Below are positions 9,825 to 17,233 of a stretch of 34,750 nucleotides of DNA, piece after piece (position 1 is the first letter of the stretch; every line of letters begins with the position of its first letter). The notes below the pieces were generated by a model, which ran no database searches, was not told the DNA's origin, and worked only from the letters and a program-made list of their open reading frames with translations. This stretch comes from a virus (lineage: Duplodnaviria; Caudoviricetes). The DNA lies in the IMG/VR virus record IMGVR_UViG_3300046779_000606, positions 1 through 34,750 of that record; one strand, 5' to 3'. Made by a program: the position numbers and the translations under genes.

Positions 9825-11027
9825 TCAAACACTTACAAGTTCAGCCTTTCTACCTGTAAAATCTTCCCAACGCTTGACGATAACGTCACAATATTTAGGG
9901 TCTAACTCCATAAGTCTTGCTTTTCTACCTATCTTTTCACAAGCAATTAAAGTTGAGCCTGATCCGCCAAATAAGTCTAATACGACATCCATACCTTTAG
10001 AACTATTATTTATAGCTTCTTGAGGTAAAGCTACAGGTTTTTGAGTAGGATGCACATAACTAGCTTGAGCGTCTCTGCCTATTTTCCATATTGTTGTTTT
10101 AGTCCTGTCGCCACAAAAGAAATGTTTGCCTGATCCTTCTTTCCAACCATATAGGATAGGCTCATGTTGCGCTCTGTAATCTTGCCAACCCATGCCTGCT
10201 GATTGCTTCATCCATATAATAGTAGATGATTTTTTAAATTGTTCAGCAAAAGTTTTCTCAAAAGCTAATTTAGGGCCTGATTGACTGTCAGGATGACATA
10301 CATAAATACAAGCTAATGGCTTCATGTAAGTATGATAAGTGGTAAATATATCTCTGCAAAATTGCTCAAATTGACTGTCAGACATATCGTCATTTTTAAT
10401 AGTGCCTAAATTATTAGCGCCTCTGCCTGAATAAGCAACATTGTATGGTGGGTCAGTAAATACTAAATCTGCTAAATCACCATTCATAAGCTTTTCTGCA
10501 TCGTCTAGGCTTGCGCTATCGCCACACATAAGTCGATGATCGCCTAATTGATATATGTCGCCTAATTTGGTTTTAGGCTCTTCAGGTAATTCAGGAGTTG
10601 CATCCTCGTCAGTCAAACCTTCTATTTGTTCAGGCTGCAATATATTGGCTAATTCATCTGCATTAAAACCTGTTAAATTTAGGTCAAAACCCAATTCTTT
10701 TAGGTCGGCTAGTTCAATAGACAATAGATTAGTATCCCAATCAGAGTTTAAGGCTAGTTTATTGTCGGCAATAATTAAAGCCTTACGTTGCTCTTTGGAT
10801 AGGTGTGCTAATTCAATTACAGGGACTTCGGTCATTCCTAGTTTCTTTGCTGCCATAATACGACCATGGCCTGCAATAATACCGTTATCACCGTCAACCA
10901 ATATAGGGTTAGTCCAGCCAAACTCTTTTATTGAGGCGGCTATTTGGCTTACTTGGTCGTCAGAGTGCTTCCTGGAATTGTTAATATACGGAATTAGATC
11001 CGCTAACAAACGCTTCTCGATTTGCAT
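9825..11027 (-). CDS. ParB-like N-terminal domain fused to N6A/N4C DNA methyltransferase
   Basis: ParB motifs FGWTNPILVD...AGHGR...ADNKL; MTase motifs TDPPY, HPTQKP, DLFGGSGST. Confidence 0.9.
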   Translation of the reverse strand: MQIEKRLLADLIPYINNSRKHSDDQVSQIAASIKEFGWTNPILVDGDNGIIAGHGRIMAAKKLGMTEVPVIELAHLSKEQRKALIIADNKLALNSDWDTNLLSIELADLKELGFDLNLTGFNADELANILQPEQIEGLTDEDATPELPEEPKTKLGDIYQLGDHRLMCGDSASLDDAEKLMNGDLADLVFTDPPYNVAYSGRGANNLGTIKNDDMSDSQFEQFCRDIFTTYHTYMKPLACIYVCHPDSQSGPKLAFEKTFAEQFKKSSTIIWMKQSAGMGWQDYRAQHEPILYGWKEGSGKHFFCGDRTKTTIWKIGRDAQASYVHPTQKPVALPQEAINNSSKGMDVVLDLFGGSGSTLIACEKIGRKARLMELDPKYCDVIVKRWEDFTGRKAELVSV

Positions 11028-11245
11028 TATTCGTTTGTAGTGCTGTCAGAGTTAGCTTCAGCTTCATCAACTTTAGCTTGCGTTTCAGGGTTGTCCTCTA
11101 CTTTATTGATTGTATTTTGAACTTGAGGAATAGCCTGCCCTTTTACTTTTGCTACTAAAGGTTCAGCGTGTTCCATAGGTAGTTTATAAAGACCTGCTAT
11201 TAATAATTCAACTTCTTTGATTTCAAGCTCCAACTTAATGGCCAT
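11027..11245 (-). CDS. Hypothetical protein (72 aa)
   Basis: AAGGAG RBS; stop overlaps the methylase start. Confidence 0.7.
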   Translation of the reverse strand: MAIKLELEIKEVELLIAGLYKLPMEHAEPLVAKVKGQAIPQVQNTINKVEDNPETQAKVDEAEANSDSTTNE

Positions 11246-11271
11246 GATTTACTCCTTGGTTAATTAATCAG

Positions 11272-11430
11272 TTATTTTACTCTTTTTTTTGCTGTTTTTG
11301 CAGCCTCTTTGAAAGCTTCAGCAGTAGGCGCGCCTTTTGTGCCTGGCTTTCTCATCGTTTCTTTACTGCCATGCTTAATTCTCTCTTGTTTAGCATGGAT
11401 GTTTGCGTATAAACCTGGTTTAGTTGCCAT
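11272..11430 (-). CDS. Small basic phage protein (52 aa), not in ORF track
   Basis: MATKPGLYANIHAKQERIKHGSKETMRKPGTKGAPTAEAFKEAAKTAKKRVK with a GAGGA RBS. The GLYANIHAK...MRKPG.KGAPT pattern is recognised from other phages. Confidence 0.75.
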   Translation of the reverse strand: MATKPGLYANIHAKQERIKHGSKETMRKPGTKGAPTAEAFKEAAKTAKKRVK

Positions 11431-11725
11431 TCTCTTCCTCCTCAATAAAACATACGTCTTGCCAAGACATTATAAGATACTTTTCACCGTTGTCGGTCAC
11501 TTGTTGGTATTTTAAATATTCGTCTTTACCCATAGTGCCAAATCTAACTTTGTCGCCTACGTTAACAGGCATAGGTTCATACCTGCCTTCTTTTATTTTT
11601 TTACCTTGTCCCACTGCAACAACTGTTCCCATATTATATTCCTCGCTCATAATAAAGCCAGGGATAACAGACTTCTCGCGCTCAATAGGTTTTACCAATA
11701 TTTTGTCGCCAAACGGTCTAATCAT
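11420..11725 (-). CDS. groES: Co-chaperonin GroES (Cpn10)
   Basis: IRPFGDKILVK...GTVVAVGQG...VNVGDKV...GEKYLIM. Confidence 0.88.
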   Translation of the reverse strand: MIRPFGDKILVKPIEREKSVIPGFIMSEEYNMGTVVAVGQGKKIKEGRYEPMPVNVGDKVRFGTMGKDEYLKYQQVTDNGEKYLIMSWQDVCFIEEEENGN

Positions 11726-11967
11726 TTTTTAATCCTTTTTGGTTTGTTTTCAATCTGAATAGGTTTAGATTCTAATGCAGGCATAGAAACAGGATCAGGT
11801 ATGATCTCGTCTTTAGTTCTAGCTACGTTAGCAAAAATAAACTCGCCGCACCAATCAGATGGTGATTTATTTAACGTTGGAGGATATCTGTGACAGGTTC
11901 CAAGTTGACCGCCTGTAATAAAGAATTTACAAGACAAACAACTATCTGTAGAATTTGATGTAGCCAC
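11722..11967 (-). CDS. Cys-rich hypothetical protein (81 aa)
   Basis: CLSCKFF...CHRYPP...DWCGEF; GTG start with GGAGG RBS; 4-nt overlap with groES. Confidence 0.7.
   Translation of the reverse strand: MATSNSTDSCLSCKFFITGGQLGTCHRYPPTLNKSPSDWCGEFIFANVARTKDEIIPDPVSMPALESKPIQIENKPKRIKK
11926..11954 (+). promoter_or_regulatory. Putative antisense sigma70 promoter
   Basis: TTTACA (11926-11931), 17 bp spacer, TAGAAT (11949-11954). Confidence 0.6.
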
Positions 11968-12035
11968 TTAATAAACCTCCATTATTATTTGGTTAGAATT
12001 CCCAATCAGTCTAGGGCTGGTTGGGTTTTCGTTTT
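11961..12035 (+). ncRNA. Predicted antisense sRNA, ~70 nt, two hairpins
   Basis: Lies between the + strand promoter and a + strand terminator. Hairpin 1 (TAGCCA/TGGTTA plus TAATAA/TTATTA) has loop ACCTCCA (anti-SD); hairpin 2 is the terminator. Confidence 0.55.
12001..12035 (+). terminator. Rho-independent terminator on the + strand
   Basis: CCCAATCAGTC-TAG-GGCTGGTTGGG-TTTTCGTTTT. Two G-U pairs form only in the + strand RNA. Confidence 0.7.
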
Positions 12036-12036
12036 A

Positions 12037-12219
12037 TTAACTATACTTCTTGTGTTCGTAGCAAACTTTTTCAGAACTTCCGCCTTTGAATTGCTTGTCA
12101 GCACCAACTGCGTCTTTTTTACCCATAGCAACGCCGCCTTTTAAACTGCCTTTTTTCTCGCCTGAAGCGTCTGAAGCAGTAGCGCCTTTAGGTAATACTT
12201 CTTTGTTGTAATATCCCAT
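12037..12219 (-). CDS. Hypothetical protein (60 aa)
   Basis: AAGGA RBS; Lys/Gly-rich. Confidence 0.6.
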   Translation of the reverse strand: MGYYNKEVLPKGATASDASGEKKGSLKGGVAMGKKDAVGADKQFKGGSSEKVCYEHKKYS

Positions 12220-12242
12220 AATTTTTCCTTTTAGCTAAAAGA

Positions 12243-12791
12243 TTAACCTTGGTTATCAAGATTAAGAGCCTTTATTTTATCAGAAAAAACCTTCTTGAGA
12301 ACCTTTATTTCATCTATTGTTAACTTTATTGTGTCGTTATCAGACTCGAGTGTTTCAACAGCGAGTATTCCAATTTTTCTAATAAGTCCGAGTCGGTATC
12401 GGATGAGGTTACCAGATAAATGGGTGTTACAGGCAGCGCATTGTCGGTGGCAGTTCTGCTCGTTAAATCGTAAGTGTCCTGCACTTCCAATGCTTCGGTA
12501 ATGGCCTGCATGATATGCGCTGGCACTTTTTGACCCACAACTAATACAACCGTCATCTTGATCCCTTAATCTAATATATTTATTAAAAACTATTTGTGTG
12601 TCTTTTAACCAATCTGATCGGCTTTTAATTTTTAACTTTGCTTCTTTAACTTCTTTTTTAACTTTTTTTATTTTGTTATATTTTAACAAGTGAATAGCGC
12701 ATTCAAAACCACATACTTGCTGAAGCGGTCTTTCAGGTGTAAAAGTTAATTTACATATCTTACACTTTTTAGGTCGTATGGTCGATTTCAT
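12243..12791 (-). CDS. ninG: NinG/Rap-family recombination endonuclease (HNH-like)
   Basis: CKIC...VCGFEC; FNKYIRLRD..GCISCG..HAGHYRS...LRFNEQNCHRQCAACN. Confidence 0.9.
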   Translation of the reverse strand: MKSTIRPKKCKICKLTFTPERPLQQVCGFECAIHLLKYNKIKKVKKEVKEAKLKIKSRSDWLKDTQIVFNKYIRLRDQDDGCISCGSKSASAYHAGHYRSIGSAGHLRFNEQNCHRQCAACNTHLSGNLIRYRLGLIRKIGILAVETLESDNDTIKLTIDEIKVLKKVFSDKIKALNLDNQG

Positions 12792-13224
12792 GGAACATTA
12801 CTCCAAGCTCTGCGCCATAAGCTTCTATTTGCATCAAGTATTCGCTAAAACCTTTTTTAGTTAATTTGGAAGTTGAGCCAATCAATATTTTTTTACCGTT
12901 TGGCGTTTCATCGTATTTTTGATAGCCTTCTTTGGTTAGTTGCTCGTCAAAATATTCAGGTAAAAACTGTTCTTTAAAATATTCGTGCCAAACTAGAGGC
13001 GTGTATTGCTTACCATGAACCCATGCTTGTTCAGATATATCGCGCAAAGGCCCAGCCCACATTCTAGCGTTAGCGTCTATTGATCTAGTTTTGCGTTCCT
13101 CGCGAATAACTACTTCTATTGGATGTTCTTGGTCTAGCGGTGCGTTTTTTAAAGCGTTAATTGCTGTTTCTTGTTGTATAGAGCTTACTAATCTTATTGT
13201 GCGCGTTTGATATATATTTCTCAT
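12769..13224 (-). CDS. ninB: NinB/Orf-family recombination protein
   Basis: RSIDANARMW..L.DIS.Q...WHEYFK...STSKLTKKGFSEYL..IEAYGAELGVMF. Confidence 0.85.
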   Translation of the reverse strand: MRNIYQTRTIRLVSSIQQETAINALKNAPLDQEHPIEVVIREERKTRSIDANARMWAGPLRDISEQAWVHGKQYTPLVWHEYFKEQFLPEYFDEQLTKEGYQKYDETPNGKKILIGSTSKLTKKGFSEYLMQIEAYGAELGVMFHEIDHTT

Positions 13225-13763
13225 ATAGCAAATACAACTTTCTCTTTAGGTAAAATTAATCCAAAATCATTAATAAATAAACTATTGGTTTGATATCTAT
13301 ATAAATTTACTTTTCTTTGGCTTGTTTGTTTCCAGGTATTTTTATAACTTATACCTTGTCTTTCGCCAGCTTTAGTCCATCCCATTTGATTCCAAAAAAA
13401 ATTGCTAGGTAAATCGTCTGCACAACCACAACCAAAATCTTCAATTCCTCTTAAATTTCCATGTGAAATTGCTGCGCTCAATAAAGCTTTTCCTCTTGAA
13501 ATAAGTCTAGCATCCTCTTGAATACATATTTGATTACATTTTGCTATTTTTCCATAAGAAAACAATACAAAACCTACAAGTTCAGAATTTTCCTCGCATA
13601 CAAATAATTTATCATTACAAACATTGCTCCATCTTTTGCCTGTTTTAATTCCTGTTATCGCAGCTTCATAAGCAGATTTTGGAATAAATCCTAAAGACAA
13701 AGATTCTTTTTTAGACAGTGAAACAATATATGGAATATCTTTAAGTTGAGCTAGTCTTATCAT
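13221..13763 (-). CDS. GNAT-family acetyltransferase-like protein
   Basis: IRLAQLKDI; LFVCEENSELVGFVLF; QICIQEDARLISRGKALL (motif A-like); SNFFWNQMGW (motif B-like). Confidence 0.7.
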   Translation of the reverse strand: MIRLAQLKDIPYIVSLSKKESLSLGFIPKSAYEAAITGIKTGKRWSNVCNDKLFVCEENSELVGFVLFSYGKIAKCNQICIQEDARLISRGKALLSAAISHGNLRGIEDFGCGCADDLPSNFFWNQMGWTKAGERQGISYKNTWKQTSQRKVNLYRYQTNSLFINDFGLILPKEKVVFAI

Positions 13764-13948
13764 GTTCTTTTTTGAAAATCATCTCGACAGTCTATATCGC
13801 AAAAGCGTTTTGATTTTGATATAGGTTCACGACAATTAAGACAAAAGCCAGTGGGTTCAAAAATTTTAGATTGTGACCTTACACGTTCAATTGCAAGGTC
13901 ACGCACTGTCTGTTCTAAATCGCTGGCTTTGTCAAAATCGTCCTGCAT
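13760..13948 (-). CDS. TraR/DksA-like C4 zinc-finger protein (62 aa)
   Basis: N-terminal DDFDKAS (DxxDxA motif), helix, then CLNC...FCDIDC. Start moved to ATG 13948. Confidence 0.65.
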   Translation of the reverse strand: MQDDFDKASDLEQTVRDLAIERVRSQSKIFEPTGFCLNCREPISKSKRFCDIDCRDDFQKRT

Positions 13949-13949
13949 A

Positions 13950-14366
13950 TTAGAACGGAATGTCATCCTTCATATCGTCAAAATCTTTAGGCGCTTGTGT
14001 TTCAGCTGAAGCTTTAGGTGCTTCACGAGCCTCTTCCTTGCTGCCTAACATTTGCATTTGATCTGCTACAATTTCAGTTGTATAACGGTCTGCGCCTTCT
14101 TTGTCTTTCCATTTGCGCGTTTGAAGTCTGCCTTCAATATATACAGGCCTGCCTTTTTTTAAATACTCACCAGCTATTTCTGCAAGCTTTCTAAAAAGAA
14201 CTATATTGTGCCATTCTGTTTTATCAAGTTTTTGTCCGTCTTTATCTTTCCAGGACTCTGTGGTGGCTAGACTAAAATTACAAACTGCGTCGCCGTTGGG
14301 TAGAAATCTTACTTCAGGGTCTTTACCTAAATTACCTAAAACTATTGCCTTGTTTACTGATGCCAT
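13950..14366 (-). CDS. ssb: Single-stranded DNA-binding protein
   Basis: [18 protein letters not shown]...TEWH...EGRLQTRKW...DDIPF tail; GGAG RBS before ATG 14366. Confidence 0.95.
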   Translation of the reverse strand: MASVNKAIVLGNLGKDPEVRFLPNGDAVCNFSLATTESWKDKDGQKLDKTEWHNIVLFRKLAEIAGEYLKKGRPVYIEGRLQTRKWKDKEGADRYTTEIVADQMQMLGSKEEAREAPKASAETQAPKDFDDMKDDIPF

Positions 14367-14526
14367 GTTGCTCTCCTCTGTTGTGAATAGATGTGACATT
14401 AAATAATATATATTTATTGCCTAATTGTCTTTTTAATTCTTGAACTTTAATATTTCTTTTTTCCACAAACTCAATATCTTTTGTGGTAATAGAAAGATTA
14501 ACTCCATAAAAGCTATGTAGTAACAT
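14332..14526 (-). CDS. Hypothetical protein
   Basis: Fills the gap in a tightly packed operon; start uncertain. Confidence 0.55.
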   Translation of the reverse strand: MLLHSFYGVNLSITTKDIEFVEKRNIKVQELKRQLGNKYILFNVTSIHNRGEQHGISKQGNSFR

Positions 14527-14710
14527 ATTTTTTAACAACCTCCCCTGTTGATTTATCTAACTCATATTCATAGTGCAAGCCGTCGTTTCCGTTTTGACCT
14601 ACAATATCCATACGAGATTTCTTTTTGCCAAATATACGATCAAAGTTTTCATCAAACTTTTTTTGATCAACTGCACGATACATATCACCTTTTCCAGCTT
14701 CATGCGCCAT
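14513..14710 (-). CDS. Hypothetical protein (65 aa)
   Basis: AGGA RBS; GKGD..R.VD...F.ENFDRIF and DIVGQNGNDGLHY motifs. Confidence 0.7.
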   Translation of the reverse strand: MAHEAGKGDMYRAVDQKKFDENFDRIFGKKKSRMDIVGQNGNDGLHYEYELDKSTGEVVKKYVTT

Positions 14711-14718
14711 ATTACTTC

Positions 14719-14892
14719 CTAAAATAACGGTTCTTCTTTAATCAAATCAAATACGTTTTGTTTTGGTGCTTTAGCTAATTTAATAACTTGAATATCTTTG
14801 TGCGTGTCTTGATACCATTTAGCTTCTTTGTTTGACCAGCGGTATTTTCTAATCATTTCACCGCTATCCATTACAGCATGAGTAAAGTTCAT
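14719..14892 (-). CDS. Hypothetical protein
   Basis: GAGGA RBS before ATG 14892; packed operon. Confidence 0.6.
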   Translation of the reverse strand: MNFTHAVMDSGEMIRKYRWSNKEAKWYQDTHKDIQVIKLAKAPKQNVFDLIKEEPLF

Positions 14893-14893
14893 A

Positions 14894-15184
14894 TTAATCC
14901 TCGCAGTTTCCGCCAATACACATTTTATTTTTTAACACAGCCTCTTCAATGTCGGCAATAGCATCTTTACCTATAAAGTCGTCAGATGCAACACATAAAC
15001 GCTTGTATAAACTATGTTCAATTTCAGTGACAGAAGTTTTTAAAATTAAACCTCTATCGCGAGCATGGTCTGAAATTATAGACGCTATATAGTCGGAAGG
15101 CGCTACTCCCCACGACTCTACTTCATCATATTTTTTTTGATCTAATTCCACTTCAATGATAACCGAAAACTTCTTAAGCATCAT
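14894..15184 (-). CDS. Hypothetical protein
   Basis: Packed operon; start uncertain. Confidence 0.6.
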   Translation of the reverse strand: MMLKKFSVIIEVELDQKKYDEVESWGVAPSDYIASIISDHARDRGLILKTSVTEIEHSLYKRLCVASDDFIGKDAIADIEEAVLKNKMCIGGNCED

Positions 15185-15377
15185 TTTTAACCCTTTCAAT
15201 AAGTTTTAACATTTCACTTCTGCCATGCTTGGCTTGATACCTTTCAAGCATTGCTTTTGCGTGAGGTTTAAACGCTTTTTTTAGCCAACGAACCCAGCAG
15301 CATTCGTTAGAAAAGTTATAAAGACCTCCTTCTTTATAACAAAAATCACACTTTGTGTCGGAGCGCTTCTCTTGCAA
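15174..15377 (-). CDS. Hypothetical Cys-containing protein
   Basis: CDFC...ECC; overlaps both neighbours. Confidence 0.5.
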   Translation of the reverse strand: MQEKRSDTKCDFCYKEGGLYNFSNECCWVRWLKKAFKPHAKAMLERYQAKHGRSEMLKLIERVKNDA

Positions 15378-15783
15378 ATTTCACTCCAATCTCAAATTTA
15401 TATTTGCCCTTGTCGTAATCATTAATAATTTTTCTAGCCCAAGCTTTAGGATCAACTTTAGGCTTTAGGGCTATTTCGTTTGTTATAGCTTTCATTTTGT
15501 CATGATAAGTTTTAAGTTCATCGTTTGTGGCTAACCTAGGCAGCGCTTTTATAAACTCTTTAGGTTGGCTGGCTTTTATAGTTTCTAGTATATCGGCCAC
15601 CGTAGGCATATATTTATTTTTATTTACCCAATCATCAAAGGCTCGGCTTACTTGCATAAATTCATATTTTTCTAGTTTAGCCCACCATACGCGTAACGTG
15701 TCTTGCGTAGGTTCAGGTTTGGAATAAATACTCGCTATCGTATTCATCATGTCTTTAAAGCCTTTTTTCTCGGTTTCAATCAA
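15346..15783 (-). CDS. Putative helicase loader/inhibitor (replication P-position gene)
   Basis: WW..L..Y....V..AFD.WV..NKYMPTVADI pattern resembles G39P-like loader/inhibitor proteins; directly follows the initiator. Confidence 0.55.
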   Translation of the reverse strand: MIETEKKGFKDMMNTIASIYSKPEPTQDTLRVWWAKLEKYEFMQVSRAFDDWVNKNKYMPTVADILETIKASQPKEFIKALPRLATNDELKTYHDKMKAITNEIALKPKVDPKAWARKIINDYDKGKYKFEIGVKFAREALRHKV

Positions 15784-16469
15784 AATGACTGCTCCTGTGG
15801 TTTTTCGTCTAAAAATCTATGTTGATTTAGCCATGTGGAAGGGTTAGGGATATATTGGCCGTTGTTTTTAAACCATTGTGGGCTTACCTTTTGCCATTCC
15901 AAAGCATTTAATACCGTAGCTAGTTCAGGGTTAGCTTTAGCCCAGGCTTTTCTAGCTGCTTCTTTACCAACTTTTTTAGGGTATGCAATCCAAAACATAT
16001 CAAAATCCGACAAAGGTTTTATATTGGTTAATGGTTTATGGTTAATGGTTAATGGTTTATGGTTAGCATTGGGTTCGCTATGCGTTCGCATACCAAACGC
16101 AGTGCGTTCGCTAACTTTTTGCATTCTATCAGAAAAACTAGCCATTTCCTCTTTATTCCAGCGAATTTTGGCTGATTTTGAAGCTAATTCAGATTTAGCC
16201 TTAAAAGCCTCGATTTCAGCCTCGCATCGTTTATGGATATATCCTTGGTCGGTTTTCTCAAAAAAGTCGGCCAAAACGCTTAAAACTGCCCTTATTTCGC
16301 CTTCTTCCCTGGCGCAGAGTAAACGCATAAGCTTGGCCTCATCTAAAGGCAAAGGCGCTTCATTTAAGTAATATTGGTCTAATAGCTGCCTATATGCGCC
16401 ATGCTCTAATAACGTTAGGTGCGCGGTGTCCTTGCGGTAGTCGGCTATATTGTGCTGAAAATAGTGCAT
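15780..16469 (-). CDS. Replication initiator, YdaU/DUF1376 family
   Basis: MHYFQHNIADYRKDTAHLTLLEHGAYRQLLDQYY; C-terminal FDMFWIAYPKKVGK...YIPNPSTWLNQHRF; internal iterons. Confidence 0.85.
   Translation of the reverse strand: MHYFQHNIADYRKDTAHLTLLEHGAYRQLLDQYYLNEAPLPLDEAKLMRLLCAREEGEIRAVLSVLADFFEKTDQGYIHKRCEAEIEAFKAKSELASKSAKIRWNKEEMASFSDRMQKVSERTAFGMRTHSEPNANHKPLTINHKPLTNIKPLSDFDMFWIAYPKKVGKEAARKAWAKANPELATVLNALEWQKVSPQWFKNNGQYIPNPSTWLNQHRFLDEKPQEQSF
16024..16131. repeat. Probable replication origin: six 7-bp tandem repeats plus 11-bp-period iterons
   Basis: (A/T)TGGTT(A/T) x6 at 16024-16065, then GCATTGGGTTC, GCTATGCGTTC, GCATACCAAAC, GCAGTGCGTTC, GCTAACTTTTT, GCATTCTATCA, all inside the initiator gene as in lambdoid phages. 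Confidence 0.75.
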
Positions 16470-16476
16470 AGTTCCT

Positions 16477-16653
16477 CTAGTCTTTAAATTTACGTTTTAG
16501 GAATAATTCAGGGTATTGAAGCTTAATTTTGGCTGGAATACCTCTAACTTTCCAATTATTCACCTTAATCCTATCGTGGTGAGTAAGCAAGCCCAGCTTT
16601 CTAGCAAGTTTCGTGCCACCTCCGTAGAATTCTATGATTTCTTTATCGGTCAT
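16477..16653 (-). CDS. cro: Cro-like HTH regulator (58 aa), not in ORF track
   Basis: MTDKEIIEFYGGGTKLARKLGLLTHHDRIKVNNWKVRGIPAKIKLQYPELFLKRKFKD; AAGGA RBS; first gene of the leftward operon. Confidence 0.75.
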   Translation of the reverse strand: MTDKEIIEFYGGGTKLARKLGLLTHHDRIKVNNWKVRGIPAKIKLQYPELFLKRKFKD

Positions 16654-16691
16654 ATTTTATATCCTTTTTAATAAAAATGTTTAAATAATGC

Positions 16692-16724
16692 TTGCAATAT
16701 AAAACTATTTGTTTAATATAGCAA
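16692..16724. promoter_or_regulatory. 33-bp imperfect palindrome holding overlapping divergent promoters and a probable operator
   Basis: TTGCAATATAAAACTATTTGTTTAATATAGCAA; + strand TTGCAA-16-TAATAT, - strand TTGCTA-17-TATATT. Confidence 0.65.
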
Positions 16725-16753
16725 CTGTAGTTTTTAATTTTATGGAGGAAATT

Positions 16754-16858
16754 ATGAAAACAAAAGGCATGATCGTAACAGTTCTAGCAGTATATCTATA
16801 CGGAGCGCTTTGGCTCTATTTCTTATACCCAATACTTTCTAAACACTTTGGAGGCTAA
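16754..16858 (+). CDS. Small membrane peptide (34 aa), not in ORF track
   Basis: GGAGG RBS; MKTKGMIVTVLAVYLYGALWLYFLYPILSKHFGG; one TM helix. Confidence 0.7.
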   Translation: MKTKGMIVTVLAVYLYGALWLYFLYPILSKHFGG

Positions 16859-16859
16859 T

Positions 16860-17144
16860 ATGACTATTCAACAAGAATACGCGGAAGACTTAATTGACAC
16901 AGACCCAGTGGAAGTTTTAGCCCACATGAATATGGAACAGCTAGCTGGAACGATTCGTGCTTTATATTGGGCTAATCAAAAAGGCGATATGTTAAGCGTT
17001 AACCTTTTTGCCAAATCTATAAGTAATGCATTCTTTGAGGAAGCGATGGGTATTACAGAAAAAAAGCTAAATGAGGCTAACGTATATCAAGGCCCATACG
17101 ATGCCATGTATGACGCAGGCCACCAACATGGAGACTTTTTTTAA
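16860..17144 (+). CDS. Hypothetical protein (94 aa)
   Basis: GGAGG RBS before ATG 16860. Confidence 0.7.
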   Translation: MTIQQEYAEDLIDTDPVEVLAHMNMEQLAGTIRALYWANQKGDMLSVNLFAKSISNAFFEEAMGITEKKLNEANVYQGPYDAMYDAGHQHGDFF

Positions 17145-17233
17145 TGTTTAAATATATCCGAAACGTTGTGTTTTTATATTGCAAAGGCTTTACTTTTAAA
17201 AAATCTATTCAATTAGCAAAGGGTATTAAATGA
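17144..17233 (+). CDS. Small basic peptide (29 aa)
   Basis: MFKYIRNVVFLYCKGFTFKKSIQLAKGIK; GGAG RBS; TAATG and ATGA overlaps with both neighbours. Confidence 0.6.
   Translation: MFKYIRNVVFLYCKGFTFKKSIQLAKGIK

Noticed and set aside
9825-11027. Restriction-modification or plasmid partition system
   Set aside because: No restriction nuclease or ParA nearby; ParB-MTase fusions next to terS are common orphan phage genes.
11722-12035. Type I toxin-antitoxin reading of the antisense RNA locus
   Set aside because: The target protein is soluble and Cys-rich rather than a small hydrophobic toxin, and it is coupled to groES.
16024-16065. Tandem repeat as a CRISPR array or contingency locus
   Set aside because: 7-bp units with no spacers and no cas genes; better explained as the replication origin.
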